This document shows positions 38,391-51,397 of a stretch of DNA of 64,000 nt, in pieces. This DNA is from Lama guanicoe (Eukaryota): NCBI GenBank assembly GCA_013239625.1, contig MU053881.1, positions 5,975,957-6,039,956 on the forward strand, given 5' to 3'. Position 1 is the stretch's first letter, and every line of letters starts with the position of its first letter. Under the pieces are notes generated by a model. That model was not told where the DNA came from. It saw only the letters and a program-made list of their open reading frames with translations, and ran no database searches. The translations under genes and the position numbers were made by a program.

Positions 38391-39579
38391 ACAGAGAGCT
38401 GGATTGCCAGGACTCCACACAGTGAGGACTGCTCCCCAAAGGAGGATCAGATACGATAATACATATATACAAAAAAGAGAGAAAGAGGTAGCGGATGCAA
38501 AAAAAAAAAAAAGACAAAAAACCAAAATATCCACTATCCAGTGCAGAAGAAGAGGACTCTGGTGAGCAGGCTGGAGTCAACCCAACTTGATTGACGTCCA
38601 GAGTTGCATAAGGAGACTGGGAGATTCCAATCAAATGGCAAGATGCTGTTACGGTCTGTTTTGTGGCGACTGAATCAAATGAGCAAATGAGCGAGTGACT
38701 TCAGCTATGGCCTCTCTTTGACATCCTTCTGACCCTCCTTCTGTCTCCCATCATGAGCACAGCAGACTCATTCATTCTCCTGCGGTCAAGATGTGGGGTC
38801 ATAAAAGGCAGTCATGGTGCTCTTCTGGTTGTAGGATTATGCATGATTATTTTTCCTTTCATTTTCTAATTATATCCTCTAGTGGAGCTGTATTAATTTG
38901 CAATGGAAAAATCACATTTATAGTTTTAGAGGGAAAAATAAAAACAAATTTGGTCCCTTCCTCTCTCTTGTTCCATACCCAATAAATATTTCTTGATTTA
39001 TGGATCCAAGGAGTCTTCAAGGCTTGCCTCTTTTTACTTCTTGATGTCAACATAGTTTATTGAAAGCCTGCTAGCCATTTCTCTCTTTTTCCTAGATTAC
39101 TGGAATAGCTTTCACAGTCTTTCCCTGTTTAAGTGTGTTCTTTATACAGATACTAAAAGAATTTCCATCACATTCCTCCTTCTCAAGAATGTCCATGGGC
39201 TTCCAAGTACTCATCTGATTATAAACTTTAACTTCTTAACATAGAATCAAAGGACTTTGAATATCCAGCTCTCTCTCCACATCCATGCAAAGATGAACAC
39301 ACAGACACATGTGCGTGTGCACACAAATGCTAGCTAGCTGTTCTAACTTCTCATCACTGCCCAGGGCCTTACTCTAAATTCTTGACTCAGTTACATGTCT
39401 CACAGTTTCTTCTCAGCCAGGAATGGAAATCCCACCCCCAAGTTGTGCCTGTCACTCTGATGAACTCATCCATCTATCGATCAAGAAGTATTTACTAAAT
39501 ACCCAATACTTGCCCAAGAATGCAGGTACTGTGGAATCTCTAAAGACGGAATGGAGAAGGGTCCTGACATTTCCTGAGT

Positions 39580-39780
39580 ACTTACCATTGCAAGCATTGA
39601 ATTCATGTAGGTGATCTTTGAGCATCTTCAGTGAAATACGGTATTATCTCCATTTTACAGATGAAAAACTGAAACACAGAAAGGTCAGGCAAGGTCATTT
39701 ATCCAAGGTCACATGGCTAGGGAGCAACAGAACTATGATTTGAAACCAGATGTGCCTAACTCTGATGCCTTTGCTTTACC
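39580..39780 (-). mobile_element. MIR SINE
   Basis: attatctccattttacagatgaaaaactgaaacacaga...ccaaggtcacatggctag. Confidence 0.8.
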
Positions 39781-40009
39781 ACCCAGTTGGGAAAGCCAGC
39801 TATGTTTTTCACCCACCCACCTACGCACTCACTCACTCATTCATTCATGCATTTATTCATTTAGTAAATGTTTACTGAGCATCTAACCAACTTCACACCG
39901 GAAGAACATCACGTGCTGGGATAATGATGATGAACAAGACAATCACGACACACACCTACTTGGAACTTACTGTTTGCTGAGGGTACGTACTGTTTGCTGA
40001 CCCATAAAA

Positions 40010-40165
40010 GCATACATATATACATATATAGTGTATATATATATATAATTATTATATATCAATTACACATAAATATGTTTATATACCAATATACTATATT
40101 AAATATATATACCTATATATATCCACATATATATTATATATATATATATATACACACACACACAT
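40010..40165. repeat. (TA)n-rich simple repeat
   Basis: Interrupted tatata runs ending in (CA)n. Confidence 0.9.
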
Positions 40166-41694
40166 TCCACATCAAATTTTAATGATAAAAGAACAAAGAA
40201 ACTGGTGAAGGTGAGGTACAGAATAACATGAGTCATATATATTTCTTTACAGTTTGCAAAGCCCTTTACAAACTTTATTTTGAACCAATTCTTGAAAGAT
40301 AAAATTCTACAGAGAAATTCAAAAACAGGCTAAACAGTAGGTACAGATGACTGGGACCTAGTCCTGAGGTGCAAAGTGTTTGTTTGTGCAGCTCGGATAA
40401 GCAGGGCCATGGTTGGACAAGGAGAAAGTATGGATGTGAAGCCATCAGGGTGGCCTTCAAAGGTGTGATGAGATTTAAGGCTGAACAAGGGTTGGAGACA
40501 GACCTGGAGGGGAGGAAACCACAGCACGAGCCAGCGTCTTCAGGCCTGGCTTGAGGTGTTCCATCCAAAACCTTCTCAGAGAATCCCAGCTCTGTGGGGT
40601 GATGATGGACTGAGATGTAGGGACCTTGTCCAAGGAAGGAGAGACACTGAAGAGCCACAGAAGATGTTCAAAATAGGACCCTTAATAAAGCCAGGGTCAT
40701 TGAGATAACCAAAATAAAATAATAAACTGCTTACAACATTCTCAAGCACATTGTGTTTTGGGATTTTGCAAGAAGGAAAAAGGCAAGAGCCTGCTTGTCT
40801 CAAGACTGGTGCAACTTGGCACAAACCAGAGCAAGAACCACAAATAGCCCTGCATGGGCCCAGCAGCTTCCCCTGGCTGAAGCTGGAATCTTGGGGCCAT
40901 CTGCATCTCCCACCCATTCTCCAAATGCTAATCCTAGACCTGCTGCAAGGCTCACTTCCTCCTGTGAAGTCCCAGCAAGAACACAGGCTTGGGGGTTCCT
41001 AGAGTGAATCTACCAATGACCCACCATGTGACCTTGGGCAATGTCTCCAGACTCTCTGGGCTTCAGTTTTTTCTGTAAAATGAGGAAAATCATAACTACC
41101 TTTCGTTTGAGAAGGTGCTGAGCAGGTGAGAAGCAGTCCTGGAGCTAGGCAGGGCATCCTACCTTCACAAGTGCAGTGCCTGCCTGAAGGTGAAGCCATG
41201 TTAGAAGAGCATGAACTCGAGAAATGGATGGAGATCGGCTAGACATCTGGATCCAGCCATACCTGAAGCTGCACATTATTCCCATGAATATATACCTTTA
41301 TTATCTTCAGAAAGTTTGAATTAGGTTTCTGTCCTTACTAAAGTCCTCTCATAGGAAGAGATCGCCAAGGACTGAGACATTTGTTAACGTTTTGGGTTTT
41401 TGTTTTTTTTAATTCTCCAAGAATCCTATTATGGGTTGGAAGAGGCTGGGGAGGAGACTTGGAATCTCAGGATTCTCCTTGAAACTCTGCCCCAGGAGGG
41501 AAGTTAAGAATCTTAAGGAAGAAAAGGGTCCTGAAAATCTAAGAAATGCCCGATTAAAATAATTTCTACCACTTATTGAATACCTGTTACATTCATCATG
41601 TATTTAGCAACGCCTGCTGTGTGTCAGGCACTGTTCTAGGAGGGGGTTCCATCCTAGTGGGAGAGCTGAGTCTAACCTTGGCCAGTAGGGGCTA

Positions 41695-41840
41695 GGAGTT
41701 CCATTTTACAGATGAGGAAAATCAGAGCTCAGAGAGGAGAAGGGAGTCCCCTAAAGTCACACCTCTGGACAAGAGTGGATTCAAGATTCTACATGGGGTC
41801 TGTCTGACTTCAAAGTCCATGCCCTTGTTACCACTGTAAG
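41695..41840 (-). mobile_element. MIR SINE
   Basis: ccattttacagatgaggaaaatcagagctcagagagg. Confidence 0.8.
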
Positions 41841-42692
41841 CCACTCTCTTTGTAAACCCTGCTCTCAGGAAACAACACTCGGCTCCTATTTTTGCCTGGG
41901 AAGGGAAGGGGGGAGGCAGGCGCCTATACATAGCCTCTGGCTCATGAGTTGGGACCCACAGCGTCTCAGTGCTTGGCCATGTTTACGTTGCTGGTCAGAC
42001 AGGCCTGAGTGTGTCTGCCCAAATGGACTGTGAGTTGCGTGATGGAGCTGGAGGTTTTGTCTGAGGATCTTCCGACAGCCAGAGGAACTGGCAGAGGGCT
42101 GAATTTGGCCACCCTGCCCAGCCTGTGGCTTTTCAGTTTGACCAAGATTCTAAGTTCCAAATGCACCCCATCTGTCCCACTTCACCCCGATTTGGGGAAG
42201 ACACTGATGGTAAGATGATAGAGTCAGAGAGACCTGGGTTTGGATGCTACGGTAGTTACAAATCACCGAACTCCTCTGTGTCTCAGCTTCCCCACCTGAA
42301 AAACAGGAAGACTGAGACCCACCTTCCAGCGTTGCTACAGGGACAAGACAAAGTCAGAGATGGATACATTCCTAGAACCATAGTAGGTCCTTGATGAGCC
42401 TGTGGTATTCCCTCCCCTTCCCCTTAGTAGCCCTCGCTGCTGCAGCTGCCTGGCTCACCGGGGCATCCTCCTCCACCCGCCAGCCCAGCCCCCAACCCTC
42501 CTTCCAGCCCTAACGACTTTTGCAGCCCATCCCTGGTGGCAGTAGCTGAGAGGCCCGAGACTCCCAGGGCCCCCAGGCTCTTTAATCAGCCTCTGCAAGG
42601 ACTGCAAGTGATTCAGCCTGCAAGTGATTCGGCACCGGGCGCAACAACAAACAGGCCTGCAGGGAATCGCTTCAGCAGAAAGATGTTGGCAT

Positions 42693-42706
42693 GTCTCTAT
42701 AGCAAC
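42693..42706. promoter_or_regulatory. RFX X-box motif GTCTCTATAGCAAC
   Basis: Matches GTHNYYATRRNAAC at all 14 positions; lies in a unique-looking island with CCAAT at 42763-42767. Confidence 0.5.
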
Positions 42707-42831
42707 TCGGGGAAAATATTTCACGCAAAAGTCCATCTGCTGTAACATAAAGGGAGTCCCAGCCAATAAGCGAGTTATAACGAGTTATAAATTATTTCTA
42801 ATTTGTGAGCTTCATTTTACCAAACCACAAA

Positions 42832-42862
<31 letters not shown>

Positions 42863-44039
42863 TACATGCATGTACCTATAGAGAGACATACACTATATAT
42901 TTTCTTATTCGTTTGCACAAGCACACGTGTGCAGTCACGAGACAATAGCAATGTGGTTTTGACTGAGTTGTCTCATCTGGTGGTTCTGATTCACCAGCAG
43001 ACAGAATGTTCATCCAGGGGCTGGATGATGTGACCCAAGCAAGTGGACCTCAGTGACCGCCATAGCCACTGCTAAAAGGAGGGACCTAACTAAGTTATGT
43101 AGGGCTATTACGTGAGCCAGAGCTAAAATTTTTTTGTTAGTTTTGTTGGTTTCTCTTAAGGAAAAAAAAAATTTTTGGTTGTTCCTTGTAAAGAGACATT
43201 TGTATTGATTCATTGGTATAAAATGCTTTGTAGAGGCTATCAGACTGGAAAAAAAACAACGTGATAATTCGCATTGTGATGCTTTTAATTTTATGTGTTG
43301 TCAACACTTCAAAGTAGGCCGGAGCTCTGCTTGGGCGATCTGGGACGTTTCTCATTGCACGTCGAATCTAGGCTGCAACTGTCTGCAGCTCCAGAGCCTC
43401 TTGCACGACGCCCACTCTGGCTTCAGCTCGCTCTGCTTTTTTTCTCCTCTTTTCTTTTTTTTTTTCTTTCAGTCCCTGCTTTCTATGTCTGGTCTGCAAA
43501 ACTCCTGTGGCCTGGAAAGAGAGAAAAACGTGGTGGTGACAGGGAGGGAATGGGGTAAAATAAGCACGGGACATACAGCATCCTTTTTCCTCCTAGAGAA
43601 ACGCCTGGCCTCCCAGCCAAGAACCCCGCAGGCCATCTCGGGGACAGGGACTGGAGACTAGGTCACCATCCTGATCCCAGAGAAGTATTGCCATGATGGC
43701 CACCCCACCCCCCACCCCCAGCCATACATGCTATTCCAAAGGCTTCCACTGTGCCACTTAACCCTGCCCTCCACCCCTTGAGGATGGTGGCATTTTTATT
43801 TCCATTTTACGTTACATTTGATTTATAACTGAAGTTCTCAGGGGTAGAGGGAGCTGAATCAGAATTCAAACCCAGTTTTGTGTGACTACACTTTCTTCCC
43901 GCCTGCCTGGAAAGACACAAGAGAGGCTGACCCCAAGAGAGGAATTTCTCGACTTCTACTTCAGAAAGTTAAAGCAGCATCAAATACTGTGTATCAATCC
44001 AGACCTACACTTACACTTCGTTTGTTGTCCTGTTTCAAC

Positions 44040-44150
44040 CTCAGGATGTTCTGCGGCAGGTAGGATGATGCCCATTTTACAGATGAGTACACTGAGACTC
44101 AGAGAACTCAAGACACTTTCCCAGGGTAACACAGCTGGTTAGAGAATGTC
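44040..44150 (-). mobile_element. MIR SINE fragment
   Basis: cccattttacagatgagtacactgagactcagaga. Confidence 0.75.
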
Positions 44151-45604
44151 GGAGCTGACCTTGGCAGTCAGGAGGCCAGATCTCGCAGCCCGGGAGCCCC
44201 CGGCATGTTTCCCTCCGTCTGGTGTCCCTCAGGTTTGATGGTGAGCTGCCGCAGGCTGAGCAGGGCCCGTCGCCCACATCTGGGCCTTCCATGGGGCTGA
44301 GAGCAGAGTTGGCCTGGTTTCCTGAGAGCATGTCGACTTGATGAAACGCCGCAGAGGCAGGGCCCAGGCAGAAAGGTCAGTAAGGGGAAGAGGGCAGGAA
44401 CACCCTGTTACCAGATCTGGAGAAGAAATGGAAAGTGAAATACTTGGAAAGTAACTTCGGCCGGCCCGGAGGAAAGTGTGTCGGGATATTTCCAAAGGCC
44501 TGGATGAGCAAGCCTTTCCCCCACCCACCCCCACACCTCGCCGGAGGGGCAGGGGCGTGTGCAGAAATCACGGTGGAGGCTGCTTCTGGCCCGATTCCCT
44601 GGCGTTCAGGTCACTTCCAGGGACAGTCCCTGAAGAGCCAGGAGATGATCTTCCTGAGGCCCCTTGTCCAGCAAGACGGCCCCTGCCGCCCCCACCCTTC
44701 ACAAAATCTTTCCCCAGGGGCCCAGGAAGGCCCTCCCGGCCAGGGTGACTCGATTTGGGATCAGCATCCAAAGACCTTCCATCTGACCTGTTGAGTTGGG
44801 GCCTTGGAATGGGGAGCCTGCAGCTGCAGAAGAGGCCACGATCTGTCCACTGAGTACATTTGCAAGCACAGCCCCACGACGGCCTCGGCTTCAGGCACAA
44901 TCAGGATGAGCCAGTCGGGAAATTTGGCTCAACAGACCAGGCCCCTAGTCTGGCCAATTTTTCTCTACTTTTTGCTTTCTTGCTTGCTTTTTTTTTTTTT
45001 TTTTTTCCCCCCTTAAGCATTAGAAGAAAGAGCACACCTTTCAAAAGCCAAGTTGTAGCAGTCTTCTGGGTGGCTGGATTTCCAGCGCGGAGCTGGTCTC
45101 TAAGCTGGTCTGTTGCACGTGAGGCGAAGGAGCTGGATCCGGGAGGGCCGCGATGTCCTGGGGCTCCCGCCTGAGTGCAAGAGGCCATTTCAGGATCTCT
45201 GAGACTGGCTGAGAATCCACCTCCCCTGAGGGTGAGCCAAAGGCAGGGCCTCCGCTGACCTCTGCCCTCCCTGAGCCCCGCCAGAAAAGAACAAGTCCCG
45301 AGCACGGCGGGAGGCCTTTCAGTTAAGCAAAGCGAACACTCCCATGCAAACCCTGGAAGGCCCACACCAGAGCTGGCGCATGGCGGATTCGGCTCCAGTT
45401 AGCAGGGGTTTGGAGAGGCAGTGGAGCTGAACGCCCTCTCCTTGCTCATCCCTGCACCCCTCTCCCCCTTCCTGGGCCTCAGCCATCTCTGAATCCTCAG
45501 CCATCTCTGAATTCTCAGCCAGGTTCCATCATCAAACTCTTCCCCCAAGTGGCAGCAAGATGTGCTCCCAGGACTCAGAGGGCAGAACTCTTGTAGGAGA
45601 CGTT

Positions 45605-45855
45605 GGCATGGAGTAGCTAAGAGCCTGGAGTCAGAGAGATCTTGCTTCGTGTCGCACATCTGCCACTTAGCAGTTGTGGGACCATTCATTCCTCCTCAGG
45701 AGCCTCAGTTTCCTCATCTGTAAAATGGGGGCAAAAACCTCACCCATCTCACACGGCTTGGGTAAGGGTAAAATGAGGCAGTGGGCGTGAAGCACTGCAA
45801 GCTTGGCATTCAGTGCCCCAAATGACAGTTATCCTATTTTTTGCTGTTATTGTTA
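45605..45855 (+). mobile_element. Near full-length MIR
   Basis: aagagcctggagtcaga...ctgccacttagcagttgtg...gagcctcagtttcctcatctgtaaaatgggg. Confidence 0.85.
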
Positions 45856-47309
45856 CCATTTCCAAGCCTGGCTCTGGGAGGCACTGCGTGTGCGCCCGTG
45901 CAGGTGTGCCCTGCCCCCTCAACACACACACAGACCAGAAAGTCAAGGAACCCCCTGAGGGCATAGCCTACAACTCTGTATCGTCATAGGATTGAGAGTT
46001 GGATAGGATGTTGGAAAATGTCTGAGGCTGGAGAGACGTGTCTGGCTGTCGTCTCTGACCGCCATGAGGCCGAGCGGGACTGGAATGCAGTTCTTATTTC
46101 TCTAGATTGCCTCTCCTCATTTATCACACACCTAGCAAACATTTATGTTGACCACCTCCTCCGTGTCAGACCCCAGCTGGGCCAGAGGCTGTAGGAAGTG
46201 AAGAAGATGGTCCCTGCTCTCATGGAGCTTGTACCCCAGGCATCTAACACTGTCATGTGTCTCTAAACTCCCATCCTGTGATCCTGTGCGTACTCGAAAT
46301 CCCAGGTGCACTGAATGTGTGAGCTGCTTGAGCCCAGCCTCAGGTCTCAGCCCTATTTCCTTCCATGGTGGGTGGGCACCCCGAGGGCAGGCCCGTCACT
46401 CCACTCGTTCCGGGCAGGGAGCTTGCATGTCACAGCCTGGACCACCCTGAGCCGTGCTCATCCTCACTGGGGTCTGTGTCTCCCCATCAGGCTCTGCAGG
46501 CAGAGGTCCCCTCTGAGCCATGGCAGTGCCTGGCAGGGAGCCAGCCTCGGTAAATGGTGGTTGGATGAAAGATGAATGAAACAAGGTCGGTCATTCATTT
46601 ATTCATGTATTCATTCTCCCTTCATTTATCCTGAATCAACTCTGTGCCCAGCTCTAGGATACAGAAATGAATGGGCCATAGTCCCTGAGTTGAAAGTGGC
46701 CCAGTAAGCAGACATGAACAATGACAGAAATGTGCAGAGGCCAGTGGGCTCCAGGGGACAATGAGGTCAATTCTACTGGGAGGTGGGGGATGAACAAGAA
46801 AGGCAGCAAACTGAGCGACACCCAGACAAGGTCTGGACGGGCAAGTCCAATAGGCAGACAAGGAAAGAGCAAGCTTTCCAGGCAGAGGGACCCTCCTGAG
46901 AAAAGGCCCTGAAGTGTGATGTACTTTTGGAAACATCAGCTTTACCATTTGGCTTCAGTCTGTTATTAGCCCCATTTTTCAGAAGAGAAAACTGAGGCAC
47001 AGAGAAGTGATGTAATTTGTCCCTAAGGTCTCATAGCTATTTATTGACAGATAGGAAGTAACTGACCAGGTCACAGAGGACCTTAAATATCAGATCAAAC
47101 TATTGGATTCTACCTTGAGGGTGGTGAGGTGCTACCAAAGGATTTTGAGCAGGAGATGTCTGATGTGTTTTTCACTTTTGATAGTTTCTTCTGGGACAGT
47201 GAGGAGAATGGATTCAAGATTCCCAGTAGCTATGAGTCTAAGGAGGAGAAGTCATCTCTTGCATATGTTCAATAGAGAACATGCACAGAAAAGTTAATGG
47301 AGGCATTTC

Positions 47310-48305
47310 CATGATGGCAGGAACACTATCAGCAAGAGAGCAGATGAATAAACAATGCTATATACGCACAGTGGAATATTACTCGGCAGTGAACAATGAC
47401 TGAACCACAGAAACGAGCAACCATGTGGCTGGATCTTGATGTATCAGTTGGTGATTGCTATGTTAGCAAACCACTCCAGACTTGGTAGCTGAAACAACCA
47501 CTATTTATTTAATTCACAATTCAGTGGGTAGGCATTTCAGGCTGGGCTCAGCTGTGCAGTTCTTCTGGTCTTAGCTGGGCTTCCTCATGAGTCCATGGTC
47601 AATGGAGAGATAGCTAGGAGGTTTGGCTTCCAAGGGTTGAGAGGCTGTCAGCTAGTGGGTTGGTGGCAATTCAGCCGCATGTTTCTCATCACCCAACAAG
47701 CTGACTCAGACTTGTTCACATGGCTGTGGAAGCTTCCAATGAGAATGAGGGAGACCACAATGTCTCTTAATGCCTAAGTTCAGAAATGACACTAAGCCGC
47801 TTCTGCCACATTATATGAGTCAAAAGCATGCATAAGGCTGGCCTGGATTTAAGAAATGGGGTAATAGACTCCACCTCCTGATGCTCCCATTGCATCATGT
47901 CACATTGTGAAAGAGATGTAGAGGCACGAAGAGGAATAAATTGCAGCCGTACTTGCAAACCAGCTACACTGCTTGGCAATATGATATTGAGTGAAAAAAG
48001 TCAATTCCAAAAGGTTGCATAGCACATGATATCCTTTTATAAAATTTAAAATTAGACTTCAGGAGGGCATATAAATGAAAAGAAAGATTGTATGAAAAAG
48101 GAAGAAATAGAGCAATAAACACAGGATGCAAGATGGCCCTCAGAAGGCAAAAGACGAGTGACGGAATGGGGGAATAATGCATTTGGAATGCAGGTTATTG
48201 ACAAGGTCCTGGTCTTTATTTTCATTATTAAAAATGACAATCTTTAAAAAGGGGGTCAAATGAAAACTAGATTATTAGTCAAGTTGTGTGCACTTGAGGT
48301 CAAGA
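47310..48305 (+). mobile_element. L1M 3' fragment split by an MLT1 LTR
   Basis: cagtggaatattactcggcagtgaa...ccatgtggctggatctt | aatatgatattgagtgaaaaaagtcaattccaaaagg joins across the LTR. Confidence 0.7.
47440..47971 (-). mobile_element. MaLR solo LTR, MLT1F-like
   Basis: tgtatcagtt...aaccactcca...aggctgggctcagctg...ttctgccacatt...atagactccacctcctgatg; flanks cttga/cttgg. Confidence 0.8.
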
Positions 48306-49954
48306 AAGAGAGAATGGGAAGTTGAGAGAGAGCAATGGGCCAGTACAGGCTGCTCAAAGGGTCAGATTGCCTTTGGGAATCTCTTAGATGTGAGTGAAGA
48401 GAGAGAAAGAGGGTCAAGAATTACTTCTGGGTGATGGTGCCATCTCTGAGCTGGGGATCCTATAGAAGATGACAGTTTGGGGAGAACCAAGAGTTGTGTT
48501 TGGGGAATGTTGGGTGTGATTGCCTGTGAAGATCCAGGAAGCTGGGTCCCCTAGGCTGCTGGCTTTCTGGAACATGGGAGAATGGTCGGGGCTGGAGAAG
48601 GCAGAACCTCAGCACATCTGAAATGGAGACCATCCCAGAAAGCCCTGTGTTACATCAGGGTGGAAGGCCTCCCTTCAGCTGAGAGCCACCCCTGGCGGCC
48701 TTGGCCTCACCCAGCCCTTCCTGACAGCTCCTCGGGGCACGTCCACAGCCAGGTTCCCTTCTAAGCAGTCAGGCCTCCACCCTGAAATCCTGGGCCAAGC
48801 GAGCGAGCTTGGGGTTGTGGCTGAGGGGGCCCCAGCATCAGTCTCCTCCCCCGGCAGGGCCAATGGGACCCCAGAGGGGGCTGGATGTTTGTGCAGATGA
48901 CATGTTTATGACCCAACCTCTCCTTACTCATGCTTTTGGCTTCCCCTCGCTGATTTTGGTTGGGTGGATCCCAGTTCTGCTGCTGGATTTGGGAGCTTTG
49001 GGGCTGGGGCTGAACAGAGCTTCCTTTAACGGTTCCAACCAAAGATGGTTCCAGCCCCTTCCCCCAGTCCTCCTAGACCTCATATTTTCCCACACCCATC
49101 TCTATTACAGAATGCTAGCATCTCGGAGCTGGAGAGGGCCTCTGGCATCACTGCATCCAATGCCTCCGTTTCTGGATGGAGAAACTGAGGCCAAGAGGGA
49201 GGCAAGGACTTGCCCAAGGTCACCCAAGCAGATAGAGACAGAAGACACGGGCATCCAGGCATGTAGCTCAGGGCTCTGAAACCACCCTCCAAACACCAGC
49301 TTCCCTGGTTGCTGTTTTGTTTGGGAAAGGGCAGTCCGGCTTTTTCGAGCCTGCCACGGTAACTTTCTCCTCTCCCAGGGAGGCAGCAGACAGTGACGGA
49401 CTCTCTGCTTTTACAGTTTAATTCCATAGGAAATTGGAAATTGCCTGTCAGAGGTGTCCGGGTGGCCCAGCTGCCCCGCCCCGACCTGGCCGCCAGAGCG
49501 CCCGCTTCTCCCCGCTCCCTGGCTTGGGGGCCGTTTTCGGAAGCTCTTCCGAGGGCTCCTGTGGCTTCTCTGCCTGCTCTTCCTCCCGGAGCACGATGCT
49601 AGCTGACATTCGATTCCTGGCAGTCTCTGGCCCTGAGCTCCAGCCTGGCTCAGTACCATCTCCTGTCTTGGGTTCCCAGGGAAATTGGAGGAAGGGGCCC
49701 CCAGCCGTTTCCTAGGCGCCTGAGTCACCAGGATCCCGAGAGTCCCTGCACTGCCCTCCCAGAACTCATGACTTTCCCAGGGTTTCTGACACTGCAGCTG
49801 CAGCGGGTGACACTTATCTCCTCCCTTCTCTGGGAGTCCCCTGCACTTGGGATCTTGTGCTGGCATCTCCATCCTTCTTAAGAACCAACCTGGAAGCCTC
49901 AGGAGTTCAGTGTTACTGTTGTGCAGTTGGTAGAGGAGCGAGTCCCTGGCTTCA

Positions 49955-50150
49955 CACACCTGGACTGAATCCCGGAGCCACCACTCCTGAACTCTGTGAT
50001 TTTGGAAAAATTGCTTCACTTCTCTAATGCCTTAGTTGTCTTGTCTATAAAGTGGGGGGTGATAATAATAATACCAAATGTATAAGGTTGTTGAGAGAAT
50101 TACATGGAATAGTGCCTGTAAAGCATTCAATAAATGTTAAAATTGGTAAT
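49955..50150 (+). mobile_element. MIR SINE
   Basis: cctggactgaatcccgg...gccttagttgtcttgtctataaagtgggg...ggttgttgagagaatta. Confidence 0.65.
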
Positions 50151-50289
50151 ATTCTATCTTAGCATCCCCCTCATCCAGCCCCTCGGGGCCAAGTCCAAAG
50201 CTAGGCTGTGAGGAACAATAAGTTCTCCTGGACTGATCCCTTAAACAACTGGCAGAAAATATGGTAAAACAAGCAGGCTGTAGCTTCCT

Positions 50290-50930
50290 GGGTCCTATTC
50301 AATGCAATAAATCTTCACTGAGGCTTATTATGTGCAGACACTATGCTTGGGGCTAGAGACACAGCGATAAGAAAGATGACACTGTCCTGCCCTTGCAGTT
50401 TCATTCCAGGGAGGAGGCAGGCAAGTAATGGAGTGCTCCCAGCACAGGGGCAGGGGACACGGTGGAAGTGAGCTCAGGCCCAGAGGAGGCACGCCTCACC
50501 CAGACCTAGGTGTCAGGGAGAGGAGGTGAGTCTGCAGCCGTGATCTGATGGATGAGCAGGGGTGTGTGTGTGTGTTTTAAGGGTGGGAAACAGTGACCCA
50601 GATAAAAGGTTTATTGTGCACATATGCCTGAGGGAGCAAGACCCAGTGAAGGAATTAAAAAATGCTTAATGTGATTGGAGTGAGGAATAGGAGAAGAAAA
50701 ATGAGGCTGGTGGAGTGGAAAGAAGCCAGACCTCAAAAGGTCTTATAGATTTGTCCCAGAGGCACTGGGGAGCCACTGAAGAGTATACAGCAGGGGAGTG
50801 GCAGAGGGAGATTTGCCTTTTGGATTGCCTACTCAGTGTGGTGGATGGACTGAAGGGATCAGGCCTGGAGGCAGGGAGACATGCAACGAGGCCATTGCAG
50901 TGATCTGAGTGAGAGAAGATGGTAGAATAT
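50290..50930 (-). mobile_element. LINE-2 3' region
   Basis: ttattatgtgcagacactatgcttggggctagagacacag...gggagccactgaag...gaggccattgcagtgatct. Confidence 0.7.
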
Positions 50931-51397
50931 GAGATAAAGGTCAGTCCTTAGGATGACACTTACAAACTATTCCAAAACTGGCCCACTGGACCTTCCCAGT
51001 CTTCCCTCTTGCTAAAACTACGAATCAAAGGGATCCATGGGCCTGAATGTATTAAGCATTAAGTGCAGCATGTGTGTGGGAAATTGTTATCTCTGGGATG
51101 GGTAGTGGGTGATTTTCTGGACACACCCACATGAACTTCCTGGTGGATTCAAGAGCAGCATCTTCCGTTGGCTCTCAGACGATTCTAATGGACACTTGCA
51201 ACTGGGGACACACCGTTGATTGCCATACCATTCCTTCCAACCAAATTTCTTCACTGCCTTGCCCCCCTGGGGTTTCTGGTTGAAACACACACACACACAC
51301 AGCCCCATCTCAACTTGATCGTTACTTTTTTATTGTATTCAGACATTATGTATAAAGAGCAGAGAAGACTAAAGTGTACTTTTTTTTGTTTCAAAAA

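Noticed and set aside
49411..50019. 202-aa minus-strand ORF
   Set aside because: Starts in a MIR; composition typical of a chance ORF.
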